DNA of 64,000 nucleotides, taken from the IMG/VR virus record IMGVR_UViG_3300027809_000002. One strand, written 5' to 3'. Made by a program: the position numbers and the translations under genes. Positions 22,710 to 33,526 of the stretch are shown here, in pieces; positions within the stretch are counted from its first letter, which is position 1, and every line of letters starts with the position of its first letter. The stretch is from a virus. The notes under the pieces are model-generated. The model saw nothing but the letters and a program-made list of their open reading frames with translations, made no database searches and had not been told where the DNA came from.

Positions 22710-23174
22710 ATGGTATTGATGTATGACCAATCAAAATATGTTGAAACGACAAAAGGAATAGTAAAAGAATTTGCTCAAAAGCAAGTTCCTGAAGCGAAAA
22801 TTATATTGGGTGAATTACCTAATGCTGATGATAATTTAAACATTGACAGACCTAATATATACATTGAGTACGAACGTGACTTATCTATTGATGATAGGTA
22901 TGGTTATAGGAATGGTAGAGGTGGACACAAGAAGCGTTATCGTCTTACGTATTCGTTTCAAATTATAACTCAAGGTGATACGTATGGAGTAATGGATAGG
23001 GATAGAATTGTACAGAAAATAGTTGCTGCTGTAAATAAGAAAGAAACTTCAGTTGAATTCGCGCAACGTGGTTTGTACAAATTGGGAGGTAAATTCGTAA
23101 GTAGTTATCGTGTACGTGAGAATTTATTCTTGGCTAGGGTTGAAATTCAATTTATCATTCACTTTGAATCTTAA
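22710..23174 (+). CDS. tail terminator-like protein (putative)
   Basis: Assigned by position, just before the tape measure gene. Confidence 0.3.
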   Translation: MVLMYDQSKYVETTKGIVKEFAQKQVPEAKIILGELPNADDNLNIDRPNIYIEYERDLSIDDRYGYRNGRGGHKKRYRLTYSFQIITQGDTYGVMDRDRIVQKIVAAVNKKETSVEFAQRGLYKLGGKFVSSYRVRENLFLARVEIQFIIHFES

Positions 23175-23193
23175 TATAAGGAAGGTGTAGTAA

Positions 23194-26100
23194 ATGCAAG
23201 AGAATAGTCGCGTTGGTATTCGGTTTGAGGTAAATACTAAAGAGTTACAGGAAATGAATAAAGCTATACAGACTATTGAAAAGTTTAACCAAGCTTCATT
23301 AAAGATGTCTCAATCAATGAACCAAACGTCTACAGCTGGCGCTAAAAACGCTCAAGTGATTCGTAATATGTCACAAGAAGTAGATAAAATCAAAGGCGCT
23401 ACTTCTGCTGCTGGGACATCTATTGAGAATGCTAAGAAAAGTATTTCTGCAATGGAACAAGCAACGCAAAAATTAACTAATCAACTTAAAAGTTATGGCC
23501 GTGACGTTAAAGTTATGGTTGATTCAAACGGAAAAATGAATGCAAGCTTCAAAGATGCACAAGGTAATATCGTTAAGATGAAAGGTGAATTAGATTCTGC
23601 TAACGGACGTTTCGTTAACTTCTCTAATTCAGTTCAAACGACAAACAATCATTTAAAACAATTAGCACAAGCTGAAAAAGCTGCTGCTCAAGAACAGAAG
23701 AAGTTGGCTCAAGAAGCTGCTAAAGCTGCATCTGAAATGAAAAAGAACGAACAATACGCTGAATCTTTAACTCGTGCATATAATAAGTTGCATCAAGGGG
23801 TTGACCTTTCTAACGTACTTCGTATGAACGGTGGACAATTCGATGTTTACAATAATGCTATTAAAGGTAACAGTGAAATCATTCGTGCTAACATTGACCG
23901 TCACGGTAAGTTCACACAAACATTACGTGACCAACAAGGAGCTTTAACAACTATCAACGGTTATTATAACCAATCACACGGACGTTTAGTACAGTATTCT
24001 GAAGCTGTTTCTTCCGGTAATAATAAGGTAGCAAAATCAATGCGCGATGCTGAACAGGAAACTAGAAAAGGCACAAACGCAATGGGTGAATGGGCTAACC
24101 AAACAAGGATAGCATTTGAACGTATGATCCAGTGGACTGCTGTTACAACTGTATTCTTCCAAGTGGTTAACGGCCTTAAAGCTATCGGTACAACAATAGT
24201 TGAAGTTGACCATCAAATGACTAATCTTAAAAGGGTTATGGGCGAAGACCAATTCATGGGCGCTACTGATTCTGCTGCTGGTTTTGACCGTATGTTAAAG
24301 ACTGCAACTAATACAGCTCAAGAATTAGGGGTTACAGTTGTTGGCGTTTTAGAATCAATGAATGAATTCGCACGTCAAGGTTTCGATGAAAATACTATTA
24401 ACTATTTATCACGTATGTCAACTGTATTCTCTAAAGTAGCAGATATTGATATGTCAACTTCCGCTTCCTATTTAACTTCTGCAATGAAAATTTTCAATTT
24501 AGAAGCTGAACAATCTATTCAAATTGTTGACCAATTAAACCAAGTAGATAATGATTACGCTGTTAGTTCTGATGACTTAGCTCAATCATTAGCTCGTGCT
24601 GGTGGTACTGCTAACGCATTCGGTGTAAGTTTAGAGGAAGTTTTAGGGCATACTGTAGCTATCGGTGAAGCGACTCGTGAATCAGGGGCTATTGTAGGTA
24701 ACTCATTAAAAACAATTTATTCTCGTATTACAACTGTTGACTCCGCTATTTCAGGATTAAAAAATGTAGGTGTAGATGTATTTGATAATATTACAAAAGA
24801 TTCTAGAAATGTTAATGATATCTTAGGTGATTTAGCTGGTAAATGGGGAGGACTTTCTAAGTCGCAACGTGAGAACTTAGGTGTTACTATTGCTGGTCGT
24901 CACCAATTATCGCGTTTCATGGTATTAATGGATCGTTGGCCGCAAGCAATAAAAGCTACAGATACAGCTTATCACGCCGCTGGTTCAGGTATGCGTGAGT
25001 ACGATAAGTACATGCAGTCTATTGATGCGAATATGAATTTAGCTATTGCTGCATTCCAAAAATTAGCTATCGCTTTAGGTGAAGCTGGTATCGGTGCTGC
25101 TATGGTAGCTGCTCTTAAAGGCGTTACAATGTTCACTGAAGGTATTACATTTACAGTTGAAAAATTAGGAGCTGTATCATTTGCTATCCCTGCTGTAATT
25201 GCCACTTTAGGATTCTTAGGAGTTGCGTATGCTAATAGCGCTCGAGCTGCTCAAGCTGCTGGAACTGCTTTAGCTGTACCTATGAACAGAGCAGGTATGG
25301 CGATTAACAACTTAGCTACTTCAATGGGTGCTTCTACAACTGTGGCTGCTGGTATGGGTGGGGCTGTATCAAAGTTAACGACTGGTCTTAGAACTTTAGC
25401 TATGGTTACAATTGCCAATCCGTTCTTTTGGGTTACTGCTGCTGTAATAGGAGTTACATCATTAATCGGTGGTATGTCTCAAGCGAAACAAGAAGTAGAA
25501 TCAATGGCTGAATCTGCTCGTAATGCTGAATATGAGTTTGACCAATTAAATAAACGTATTGATGAAAGCAAAGATGGAGCGAACATGCAATACGATTTAA
25601 ATAAATTGGATTCAATGAGAGACAAACTTAAAGAAGTTTCTGATGGTGCTAGTTTTACTGAAGCTGCATTCCAAAACCAAAAAGCTGCATTTGATAATAG
25701 CGCTATGTCTAGTGTTAATTTAGGTTTTAAATTCACTGAGCTTAAAGATAACTTAATGGCTAAATGGAACGATACTGATTCTTGGTTCGAACGTTTACCT
25801 TCAGACCTTAAAAAGACTGCTGCTGAACTTGGCGTAACTTATGAAAAAGGTATGACATTCAATGAATTCATCGCTCAATTAGATGAAAAATCAATTCGTG
25901 CAACTGACTCTTATAATAAGTTAAACGAAAAAATCAAGTCAGGCGACAAACCTGAAGGTATTCTTGAAGCCGCTAAAGCTATGAATGATTTAGCTGATAA
26001 CACTGAAGAAGCTTTCAGCGCGTTTTCTAAAATCGCTGGTTTCAAAGATGAAATGATTGCTTCATTAAAAGAGCAAATGACTTACATTTCATTAATGTCT

Positions 26101-29100
26101 AAAGTTCCTCAAGAACAGCGTAGTGCATTAGAGGATTCAGGACTTAAAGAAGCTATCGGTTCTGTTGCTGATAGATTGAATTTAGGTAAAGATGCTGCTG
26201 ATGGAATGTACAATGGAAACCAAAAAATCATAGATCAAGCTGGCGCTAATATTAATGCATACGAAAATGTTAAAAAAGCTGTAGAGGATTACGCTAAAGC
26301 TGGTAACGAAAAAGAACGTCAAGATGCTGAAAATCGTTTCAATGAATCTCGTAATATCATTAAGTCGATTAATGAAAGAAGAGTTGAAGCCGATAAGTCA
26401 TTAGAAAACGCTGATATCTTTAAAACAGCTGAAGGTGTAAAACGTGAAGAGTTAGCTCGTTCAATTGAAACAATGCGTATGACTGGTCTTATGAGTAATG
26501 ATTTAGCTAATGAATTAAAGCAAAAAATCGGTGTAGAAGTTCCTAAAGCCTTTAGAGATATGGGACAAGGAGCTAATGAAGCACAAGGTAAAATGCAAGA
26601 AGGAGCTGGTCAAACCGCTTTCAGATTCGAAACTGAGTACCAAAGAATCCAAAGAATTTTAAACGGTACAGCTGAAACATCTGAAAATACTGGCGGACGT
26701 ATTGGTGGCGTTGATAATAACCTTCGTACTAGTGCAGGTCAAAACGCGCAAGCTTACTCTAATTCTAATTCATCTATGCAACAGAATATGAACCAAACAG
26801 CAGGTACTTCTGAGAATGCTGGTGGCCGAGTTCAAGGTGCTAATAGTGGAATGCAAGGATCGATTAATACAACTAGTAATATATTTGGTATCCAATTAGG
26901 CGGTATGGGTAACAACTATAATACATTCGGTCAAACTTCTACTAATACTGCTGGTACAGTAGGCGGAAGTAATAATAACATCGACCAATCCACAAACGGA
27001 ATGTCAATTAACGTTCAAGGTTATTTAAAAGACGTTAGAAATTCCAATAGTGATACTGGAAAATCATATGGAACTTTAGCAAATGACGCTTCTTCCGGTT
27101 CTAGTAGTGTTCATTCTAGTGCCAAATCAGGTCTTGGTGGAGCGAAAAGTGAATCTAACAGTTTGAAAGATGCGTTAAACGACCTTAAAACAGCTTGGAA
27201 CGGATTGAAAAACTTAGGTTCTATTGCTCTTAACTTTGCTACTGGTGGTTTAATCGGCGGTGGCGGTGCTGAAGGAGTTCGTGATTTATCTTCAAAAGTT
27301 AATAAAACTAAAGACTTCGTTAAGAGTGGTGGAGGTACTGCTAAAGGTGTATTCGGTGGATTACCTATAACTTCTCAATTCGGTTATCGTTCTGATCCGT
27401 TTACAGGTGCTACTACAGGTCATAATGGTATGGACTTTGCTGCTCCTACTGGAACACCTGTTCGCGCAACTACTGGTGGTGTCGTAATTAAATCAGGTTT
27501 CGGTGCGTACGGTTCAGGTTATGGTGGTTACGGAAACGTTGTAGCTATCCAAGATATGTCAGGGTTCGTTCATATCTATGGTCATAACAGTGGAGTTAAT
27601 GTTCCTGAAGGTTCATTTGTTGGTGCTGGTACAGTAATTGCATCATCCGGTTCTACTGGTCGTTCAACAGGGCCTCATATTCACTATGAAGTACGTCGTG
27701 GTGGTTCTGCTATTTCTCCTATGCCTTGGGTTGGTGGAGGAAATGAAGGTACTCGTGACCTTCGTAAGTATCACACTGGTGGTATAGTTGATGGTTCTAT
27801 CGTTGATGATAAGTTCCGTAGAAACAATGAAGTTGATACTCGCTTACTGAAAGGTGAAATGGTATTAACTCAAAGTCAACAAAAAAACTTATTTAACATG
27901 ATGAAAACACCGTTAGAAGGAGATCGTAAACTTAAATTCCATGTTGGCGGCGTTGTTGGCGGCATGGGTGGAGGTAACGATTGGAGAAGACTTGCTTACG
28001 ATGACAGCTTTGAAGAAAACGACAGAACTGATCCTAACCGCGGAAAAGCTGGTTATGTTCAGGCTGAAGATGGAAGTTGGGTTTCAAGTAGTTTTTGGGA
28101 TGAACCTGCTCCAAAAATCGCTGCTAAAAATTACAGTCCTGATACAAGAGGTTCTTACGATAAGATTTACGGTTCTTGGATCGATAGAGATTATCGCGCT
28201 TCTTCTAATGGGTTTGTAACTAATAACTTCTATCAAGGTGAATATCGTGATCGTGTATCTTCAGCTAGTTACGTCAAAGACATCGGCGCATATAGCGTAA
28301 ACGATATGTTATGGTTAATGTCTAATTCAATTAGAGGTTCTGCTAATTCTGAAGATGACAAAAAAGATTATAACAAACAAATTATCGACCTATTGAAACA
28401 AACTAACAACGTTGATTACGCTTCAAGAGCTTTCGACCAAGCTAACTTATTCCTTCCTGAAGGAGTTAAGGATTTAGCTAAGAAGGACTTATTGAATGCT
28501 GTTAGACAAAATGAAGTTGATGCTTACGCTGACCGCACTAAAAAATGGCTTGATGAATTAATCAGTAAGATGCCTAAAGTTAATGAACAAGTAACTAAAT
28601 TCGTTGACCTTCATCGTTCTTTAAATGAAGAGAATGCACGTTACAAGGAAGACACGTTCATTAATGATTTCGTTTCTAAAAACATGGAGTCATTAGGTTT
28701 CACTGAAAAGCCAACTCAACTAGAAGCTCTTGAAAACAAAATGAAAGAAATGCAAGAAAGAAGTAAAAATCTTCTTGAGCAAAACGCAAAAATCAAGTAC
28801 AACACAAACAACCTTGAAAATTCAGCTCAATTAGCTCAATACCAAAAAGAGTTTTCTGCTATCAATGAACGTTTATATCAAGATCGCTCTTATGGTAAGT
28901 TGATGGGATACAGCGAAGAACAAATCAACAATTCAACTAAAGAACTTGAGAATCAATGGAAAGAAGCTTATGCAAGATGGGAAGAACTTTACAACTCCAT
29001 TGAAGGTAATAAACAGATTATGTCTGACAACGAAAAAATCTTAGGTTCTCTTTCTGAGCAATACAAAAAGCTCCAAGCCGAAATGGAAGAAACGAAGAAG

Positions 29101-29946
29101 AAAACTGAAATCATGGAAAAGATTAAAGACAAAGTTAATGCTATCTTTGATTGGAACGCTTCATCTTTAATCACTGAAAAGACTGATGAATTCGGAAATG
29201 TTGTACGTGACGTTGAGGGTACTGTACGTGCTGTCCTAGATGTACAAAAGGCTATCAATGATATCACGAAAGACATCTATGATAACATCGATAAAACAGT
29301 TCAAGAAATGATTACAGAAATCATGACATCACAACTTCCTGACCTTGGCAAAGTCTTTGAACAGAAAGGTGATTATTCTGGAATTGAGCAAGGTATCAAT
29401 GGCGCAATTGAGAAAATCAAACCAACTTGGAATGAGACTTTAGATTACATGGCTGGTTCTATGACTCAAATGTTCAACGGCCAACAGTGGGCTAATGTCA
29501 TCGGAAACTGGACTAGTAACATGGGACAAGCATTAAATAACTTTGCTCCTATCATGGAAGGTATTTTCTTGCAAACGTCTGAAGTTATTGCTAAGACTAT
29601 GACAGAACTTCCACAAATGGTTAACACGGCTATCCAAAACATTACAGTTGGTTTATTCAACACTGTAATCGGAATCTTAAATCATATGGTTGGATTAGTG
29701 AATCAAATCGTTCCTGCAACTCAACGTATTCCAGCGTTTGAAGAAATGAAGTATGCTAAACCAACTTACACTCAAAACAACGAAACTAACAACGAGACAC
29801 AAACGCACAAAGCTGATACTAATGTTTATAGAAACGTAACTTACGTTGTACAAACTGGTGTCGCAATAGCTAGTGAATCAGAACTTAAAGAGTTCGTTAT
29901 GTTGATGAAGAAAATGATGGATGAAGAAGAGGAGCGTGGCAACTAA
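23194..29946 (+). CDS. tail tape measure protein (2250 aa) with an embedded M23 peptidase domain
   Basis: Assigned from length, coiled-coil and TM segments. The M23/LytM motifs are HNGMDFAAPTGTPV ... GPHIHYEV. Confidence 0.9.
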   Translation: MQENSRVGIRFEVNTKELQEMNKAIQTIEKFNQASLKMSQSMNQTSTAGAKNAQVIRNMSQEVDKIKGATSAAGTSIENAKKSISAMEQATQKLTNQLKSYGRDVKVMVDSNGKMNASFKDAQGNIVKMKGELDSANGRFVNFSNSVQTTNNHLKQLAQAEKAAAQEQKKLAQEAAKAASEMKKNEQYAESLTRAYNKLHQGVDLSNVLRMNGGQFDVYNNAIKGNSEIIRANIDRHGKFTQTLRDQQGALTTINGYYNQSHGRLVQYSEAVSSGNNKVAKSMRDAEQETRKGTNAMGEWANQTRIAFERMIQWTAVTTVFFQVVNGLKAIGTTIVEVDHQMTNLKRVMGEDQFMGATDSAAGFDRMLKTATNTAQELGVTVVGVLESMNEFARQGFDENTINYLSRMSTVFSKVADIDMSTSASYLTSAMKIFNLEAEQSIQIVDQLNQVDNDYAVSSDDLAQSLARAGGTANAFGVSLEEVLGHTVAIGEATRESGAIVGNSLKTIYSRITTVDSAISGLKNVGVDVFDNITKDSRNVNDILGDLAGKWGGLSKSQRENLGVTIAGRHQLSRFMVLMDRWPQAIKATDTAYHAAGSGMREYDKYMQSIDANMNLAIAAFQKLAIALGEAGIGAAMVAALKGVTMFTEGITFTVEKLGAVSFAIPAVIATLGFLGVAYANSARAAQAAGTALAVPMNRAGMAINNLATSMGASTTVAAGMGGAVSKLTTGLRTLAMVTIANPFFWVTAAVIGVTSLIGGMSQAKQEVESMAESARNAEYEFDQLNKRIDESKDGANMQYDLNKLDSMRDKLKEVSDGASFTEAAFQNQKAAFDNSAMSSVNLGFKFTELKDNLMAKWNDTDSWFERLPSDLKKTAAELGVTYEKGMTFNEFIAQLDEKSIRATDSYNKLNEKIKSGDKPEGILEAAKAMNDLADNTEEAFSAFSKIAGFKDEMIASLKEQMTYISLMSKVPQEQRSALEDSGLKEAIGSVADRLNLGKDAADGMYNGNQKIIDQAGANINAYENVKKAVEDYAKAGNEKERQDAENRFNESRNIIKSINERRVEADKSLENADIFKTAEGVKREELARSIETMRMTGLMSNDLANELKQKIGVEVPKAFRDMGQGANEAQGKMQEGAGQTAFRFETEYQRIQRILNGTAETSENTGGRIGGVDNNLRTSAGQNAQAYSNSNSSMQQNMNQTAGTSENAGGRVQGANSGMQGSINTTSNIFGIQLGGMGNNYNTFGQTSTNTAGTVGGSNNNIDQSTNGMSINVQGYLKDVRNSNSDTGKSYGTLANDASSGSSSVHSSAKSGLGGAKSESNSLKDALNDLKTAWNGLKNLGSIALNFATGGLIGGGGAEGVRDLSSKVNKTKDFVKSGGGTAKGVFGGLPITSQFGYRSDPFTGATTGHNGMDFAAPTGTPVRATTGGVVIKSGFGAYGSGYGGYGNVVAIQDMSGFVHIYGHNSGVNVPEGSFVGAGTVIASSGSTGRSTGPHIHYEVRRGGSAISPMPWVGGGNEGTRDLRKYHTGGIVDGSIVDDKFRRNNEVDTRLLKGEMVLTQSQQKNLFNMMKTPLEGDRKLKFHVGGVVGGMGGGNDWRRLAYDDSFEENDRTDPNRGKAGYVQAEDGSWVSSSFWDEPAPKIAAKNYSPDTRGSYDKIYGSWIDRDYRASSNGFVTNNFYQGEYRDRVSSASYVKDIGAYSVNDMLWLMSNSIRGSANSEDDKKDYNKQIIDLLKQTNNVDYASRAFDQANLFLPEGVKDLAKKDLLNAVRQNEVDAYADRTKKWLDELISKMPKVNEQVTKFVDLHRSLNEENARYKEDTFINDFVSKNMESLGFTEKPTQLEALENKMKEMQERSKNLLEQNAKIKYNTNNLENSAQLAQYQKEFSAINERLYQDRSYGKLMGYSEEQINNSTKELENQWKEAYARWEELYNSIEGNKQIMSDNEKILGSLSEQYKKLQAEMEETKKKTEIMEKIKDKVNAIFDWNASSLITEKTDEFGNVVRDVEGTVRAVLDVQKAINDITKDIYDNIDKTVQEMITEIMTSQLPDLGKVFEQKGDYSGIEQGINGAIEKIKPTWNETLDYMAGSMTQMFNGQQWANVIGNWTSNMGQALNNFAPIMEGIFLQTSEVIAKTMTELPQMVNTAIQNITVGLFNTVIGILNHMVGLVNQIVPATQRIPAFEEMKYAKPTYTQNNETNNETQTHKADTNVYRNVTYVVQTGVAIASESELKEFVMLMKKMMDEEEERGN
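27370..27720 (+). other. M23 (LytM-type) metallopeptidase domain within the tape measure
   Basis: GYRSDPFTG..HNGMDF (HxxxD) ... STGPHIHYE (HxH). Confidence 0.8.
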
Positions 29947-30311
29947 TGGCTGGATATTTTAAATTAGGAGTGGATGGAGAAGGTTATGCCTTCTTCGTTC
30001 CTTCTTCTTATAGTAAACCGGAAAAGATTTTAGGTTCAGGTACAAGACGTACGATTAGTGGAAAAGGTAAACGAGATATCATAACAACTAAGATGTCATT
30101 CGCTTTAGGATTCGAAAGTTTAGATATAGATGAAGTTGCTAACTTGTACACACAATTTGAAAAGTATTCTAAGCAAGGTAAAAATTTATCTTTCTTTGAT
30201 GACAGCGGAAAGAAATACTTTGTTCATTGGGGAGAAGAATTTGGAATTAACGAAAGACAAAAGAATGGTGTGGAGTTATGGAGTGGATCAATTACATTGG
30301 AAGAGGTGTAA
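29946..30311 (+). CDS. minor tail protein (gpM-like position)
   Basis: TAATG coupling to the tape measure gene. 121 aa. Confidence 0.4.
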   Translation: MAGYFKLGVDGEGYAFFVPSSYSKPEKILGSGTRRTISGKGKRDIITTKMSFALGFESLDIDEVANLYTQFEKYSKQGKNLSFFDDSGKKYFVHWGEEFGINERQKNGVELWSGSITLEEV

Positions 30312-30314
30312 AAT

Positions 30315-33300
30315 ATGCAAGGTCGTTTAAGTCAAATAACTAGATTCCCTATTATGAAAGTCCTTGTTGACTTTGACGATAAGGGATATTCAGATTTAAG
30401 TAAATGGTACGACATAGCTGATTATGTCTTAGAGGTTACAGGGAGTAAAGAAAAAGAAGGAGAAAAGACAGGTGGTGTCACTCATGACATCGTTAGCTTT
30501 TCTGTAGATAATTCGGATAAACATTTTAATAATGATAATCCAAATAGTCCATTCAAAGGTAAAATCAAAAGTAACATTAAATTTAAAGTAATGGCCGGAT
30601 TTAAAGAAGAAGCATTGCAAGTATATGCTGCTGGTTACATTGAAGCTTTCGAACCTGCTTGGAAAGAAACAAAATACAATATTAAAACAATCGATTACAT
30701 GAAGTTATTTAAGAAAGCTGAAGTTCCTAAAGAATCATATCGTGATATCTCTTTAGAGCAATTAATAAACATCTTATGTGATGCTGCTGGATTACCTGCT
30801 CATATCGTGCGTAAGATTCCTAAAACGGATTTCTTTTATAGATATGTAAAGTTTGATGAAGAAAATTGTTTTGAAGCATTAGGTAATTTGATTAAAGCTA
30901 CTGTAGGTTCTGCTTATTTTGAAGGTGAAGAATTCATTGTTGAAACTAAATTAGCGCTTGACTACAGATTAGATACAGCTGAAAAGTGTACAATCTCTAT
31001 TGATGATATGTTTGAATTCGATGAATCTGTAGATGCTTCAGATATCGTCAATACGGTTTCTATCAGTTCACAATACAAAGACATTGCTCCACTTGAAATC
31101 GTGTGGGAAACGCCTGAGAATGTCGTTAAAATTCAAAATGAAATCATTAAGTATCTTGGTGGTAATTCAATTAAAATTGACCAAGCTAATTTACCTATAA
31201 TCAATACCAAAGATGAACCGATTGTACTAAAAAATATCACACAAGGAAAGACTATCTACATCCAAGCTGTAGATGTTAAGACTGGTACAATTACGATCCA
31301 TCCTGACAGTTTAACAAATGTTGGGTTGAATGATATGTTATCAGTAAGTTATTCGTATCAACAACTTGCTTTACTAACTTTGAAAGAACGTAAATTCACT
31401 ATCCAATTCAGTGATGACATCGATTCGATAAATACCTTAGATGTTGCCGTATGGGATTCTAAAGGTGAAAAGAAGCTTGTCTATTCTGATAAGCCTAACG
31501 TACAAAACACTGTATCATTACAATCATTCAAGTTTTCTGCAAAAGATAAACGTTGTGAGTTTGTACTAAAAAATAACTATAGCGACGATATAACTATTTC
31601 TACATTGCAAGTACGCGGATATCCAATTAAGGTATTAAATCCGATTGAAGTGTACGTTAAGAACGAACCGTCTATTTTAAAGTATGAAAAGGCTGAGTGG
31701 TCATTTCAAAACAATTACATCAACAATGTTAAATTAGCTCAAAAGATTGGTCAATTCATCGCTGATAATTACAGTGAACATCGTAAGAAGCTGCAAATTA
31801 AAATCGATGGATTCCCTGAACTAAAACTTAATCATGTTGTAAAAGTAGTTGAGCCTAAAAGTGGTACTAATCATAAATTTACCGTTGAACGTATAAACTA
31901 TTCATTCAGTATTACTAACGGTTGGACAATGGATTTAAGTTTACTTGAACTTGATAAGTCACCGTGGATTTATGAATCATTTAAAGGTGAGTCATGGGAG
32001 AATACCAATTCAGGAAAACCGAACTTAGACTTCATTAGTGAAATCAATGCTAACTTGATCCGTAACGGTGGAGCTGAATTATACACTGGATTCGCTGACT
32101 ATAATGATGTACAAGCTTTAGATGGCAAACATTTAATTCCTGACTACTGGCGCTTTGTTCGTGAAACTGGTAACGCGACATCGCGTATTCGTTCCGGTGG
32201 TAATTTAGTGCTGCATGGTATGAACAGTTTTGAAATCACAACCACAAATAGTGGTAGTGGTTATTATGAACAGATTTTAGATGGTATCAAACCAAGTAAT
32301 AATTACGTTTTATCATTTGTGGCAAGTCCTGACTCCTGTATTGGTAAGGGCTATTTAGATTTTTATAATGGCGCTGAATTACTGGATACAAAAGTTATAG
32401 ACATAGATGCTTATAAAACGTATGAAATCAAAGCTGTTAGCCCTGACCGAACGAATAAGGCTGTTGTTCGTCTTGCTAAAATCGGTAGCAATAATAGTGA
32501 TGAATCAATTGTGTTCGACAAAGTTAAATTAGAAAATACAGATACATCAACACCTTATATTGAAACCGATAATTCAACTGCTATTCAAATGAAACAGAAA
32601 TATGCTAATTCTTTAATGTTAGGTAACAACTATGGTATTGAAGTATTCGACCAAAACAATAACATTAAAGTTAGAATGGGACAATATCAAGCTGGTCAAT
32701 ACGGACTACAGATATTCGGCGGTGGTATCAATATCATTAACGGATTACCTGAAGACCAAATTTCAGACGATGCTACAGGTAAATGGAATGAAGCAAGCGA
32801 AAATGTGAAGAAGTTAGCTGATGACAGTATAATATCAATTATAGAAAAACAAGTTCTAAAGCGTGAATTCAAATCGATTGAGCTTGAATACGGATCATTA
32901 TTATCTATCGCTAAAAATTATTTTCCTGTTGAAGATGGAGTTGTAGAAATTTCTAACTTCAAATTATATTTCGATAAACTTAAAAAGTATTTAACCGTTG
33001 ATGAGGATTTAAATAACGGCGCTGCTATCTTAGCTGAACCGAACATGACAAGAGATAGTAAAGTTGATCCAATGTTATATGCACAAAGATTTTCTGATTA
33101 TGAAAATGCTAAACTGAAATTAAATGAAGCTATCGAACAACGTTCTAAAGATATGATTAAAGAAGCTAATGATTTAATTGAATCAGTTAAAGACCAAGTG
33201 ACTTTCTCTTGTGACATATACAGTACGAACGGATTAACTTTCGTTAACGGCCAAAAAGCAACTAAGTTATATGCAGTTGTTCGTAGAGGTAAAGAAGATA

Positions 33301-33473
33301 TAACTGATTTACTTGATGCTGCATCATTCATTTGGAAAAAGAAAGATAACGAAGGAAACTTTGATGATGATTGGAATTTGAACCATATTGGAGTAGGGAA
33401 AGAAGTTATGCTTCCTGACAACGATATTTTCAGACGCGCAACGTTTTCTTGTGACATTGACCTCCCTGAATAA
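30315..33473 (+). CDS. tail tip / central fibre (host-specificity J-like) protein
   Basis: 1052 aa, downstream of the tape measure. Contains a fibre-type coiled-coil module also found in gene 35300. Confidence 0.5.
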   Translation: MQGRLSQITRFPIMKVLVDFDDKGYSDLSKWYDIADYVLEVTGSKEKEGEKTGGVTHDIVSFSVDNSDKHFNNDNPNSPFKGKIKSNIKFKVMAGFKEEALQVYAAGYIEAFEPAWKETKYNIKTIDYMKLFKKAEVPKESYRDISLEQLINILCDAAGLPAHIVRKIPKTDFFYRYVKFDEENCFEALGNLIKATVGSAYFEGEEFIVETKLALDYRLDTAEKCTISIDDMFEFDESVDASDIVNTVSISSQYKDIAPLEIVWETPENVVKIQNEIIKYLGGNSIKIDQANLPIINTKDEPIVLKNITQGKTIYIQAVDVKTGTITIHPDSLTNVGLNDMLSVSYSYQQLALLTLKERKFTIQFSDDIDSINTLDVAVWDSKGEKKLVYSDKPNVQNTVSLQSFKFSAKDKRCEFVLKNNYSDDITISTLQVRGYPIKVLNPIEVYVKNEPSILKYEKAEWSFQNNYINNVKLAQKIGQFIADNYSEHRKKLQIKIDGFPELKLNHVVKVVEPKSGTNHKFTVERINYSFSITNGWTMDLSLLELDKSPWIYESFKGESWENTNSGKPNLDFISEINANLIRNGGAELYTGFADYNDVQALDGKHLIPDYWRFVRETGNATSRIRSGGNLVLHGMNSFEITTTNSGSGYYEQILDGIKPSNNYVLSFVASPDSCIGKGYLDFYNGAELLDTKVIDIDAYKTYEIKAVSPDRTNKAVVRLAKIGSNNSDESIVFDKVKLENTDTSTPYIETDNSTAIQMKQKYANSLMLGNNYGIEVFDQNNNIKVRMGQYQAGQYGLQIFGGGINIINGLPEDQISDDATGKWNEASENVKKLADDSIISIIEKQVLKREFKSIELEYGSLLSIAKNYFPVEDGVVEISNFKLYFDKLKKYLTVDEDLNNGAAILAEPNMTRDSKVDPMLYAQRFSDYENAKLKLNEAIEQRSKDMIKEANDLIESVKDQVTFSCDIYSTNGLTFVNGQKATKLYAVVRRGKEDITDLLDAASFIWKKKDNEGNFDDDWNLNHIGVGKEVMLPDNDIFRRATFSCDIDLPE

Positions 33474-33483
33474 CTTTGGGGAG

Positions 33484-33500
33484 GTATTAATGTTTTAGAA
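33484..33500 (+). promoter_or_regulatory. related copy of the late 20-mer
   Basis: GTATTAATGTTTTAGAA, upstream of the fibre gene RBS. Confidence 0.35.
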
Positions 33501-33526
33501 TCAAAATAAAGAAGGGAATGGTAAAG

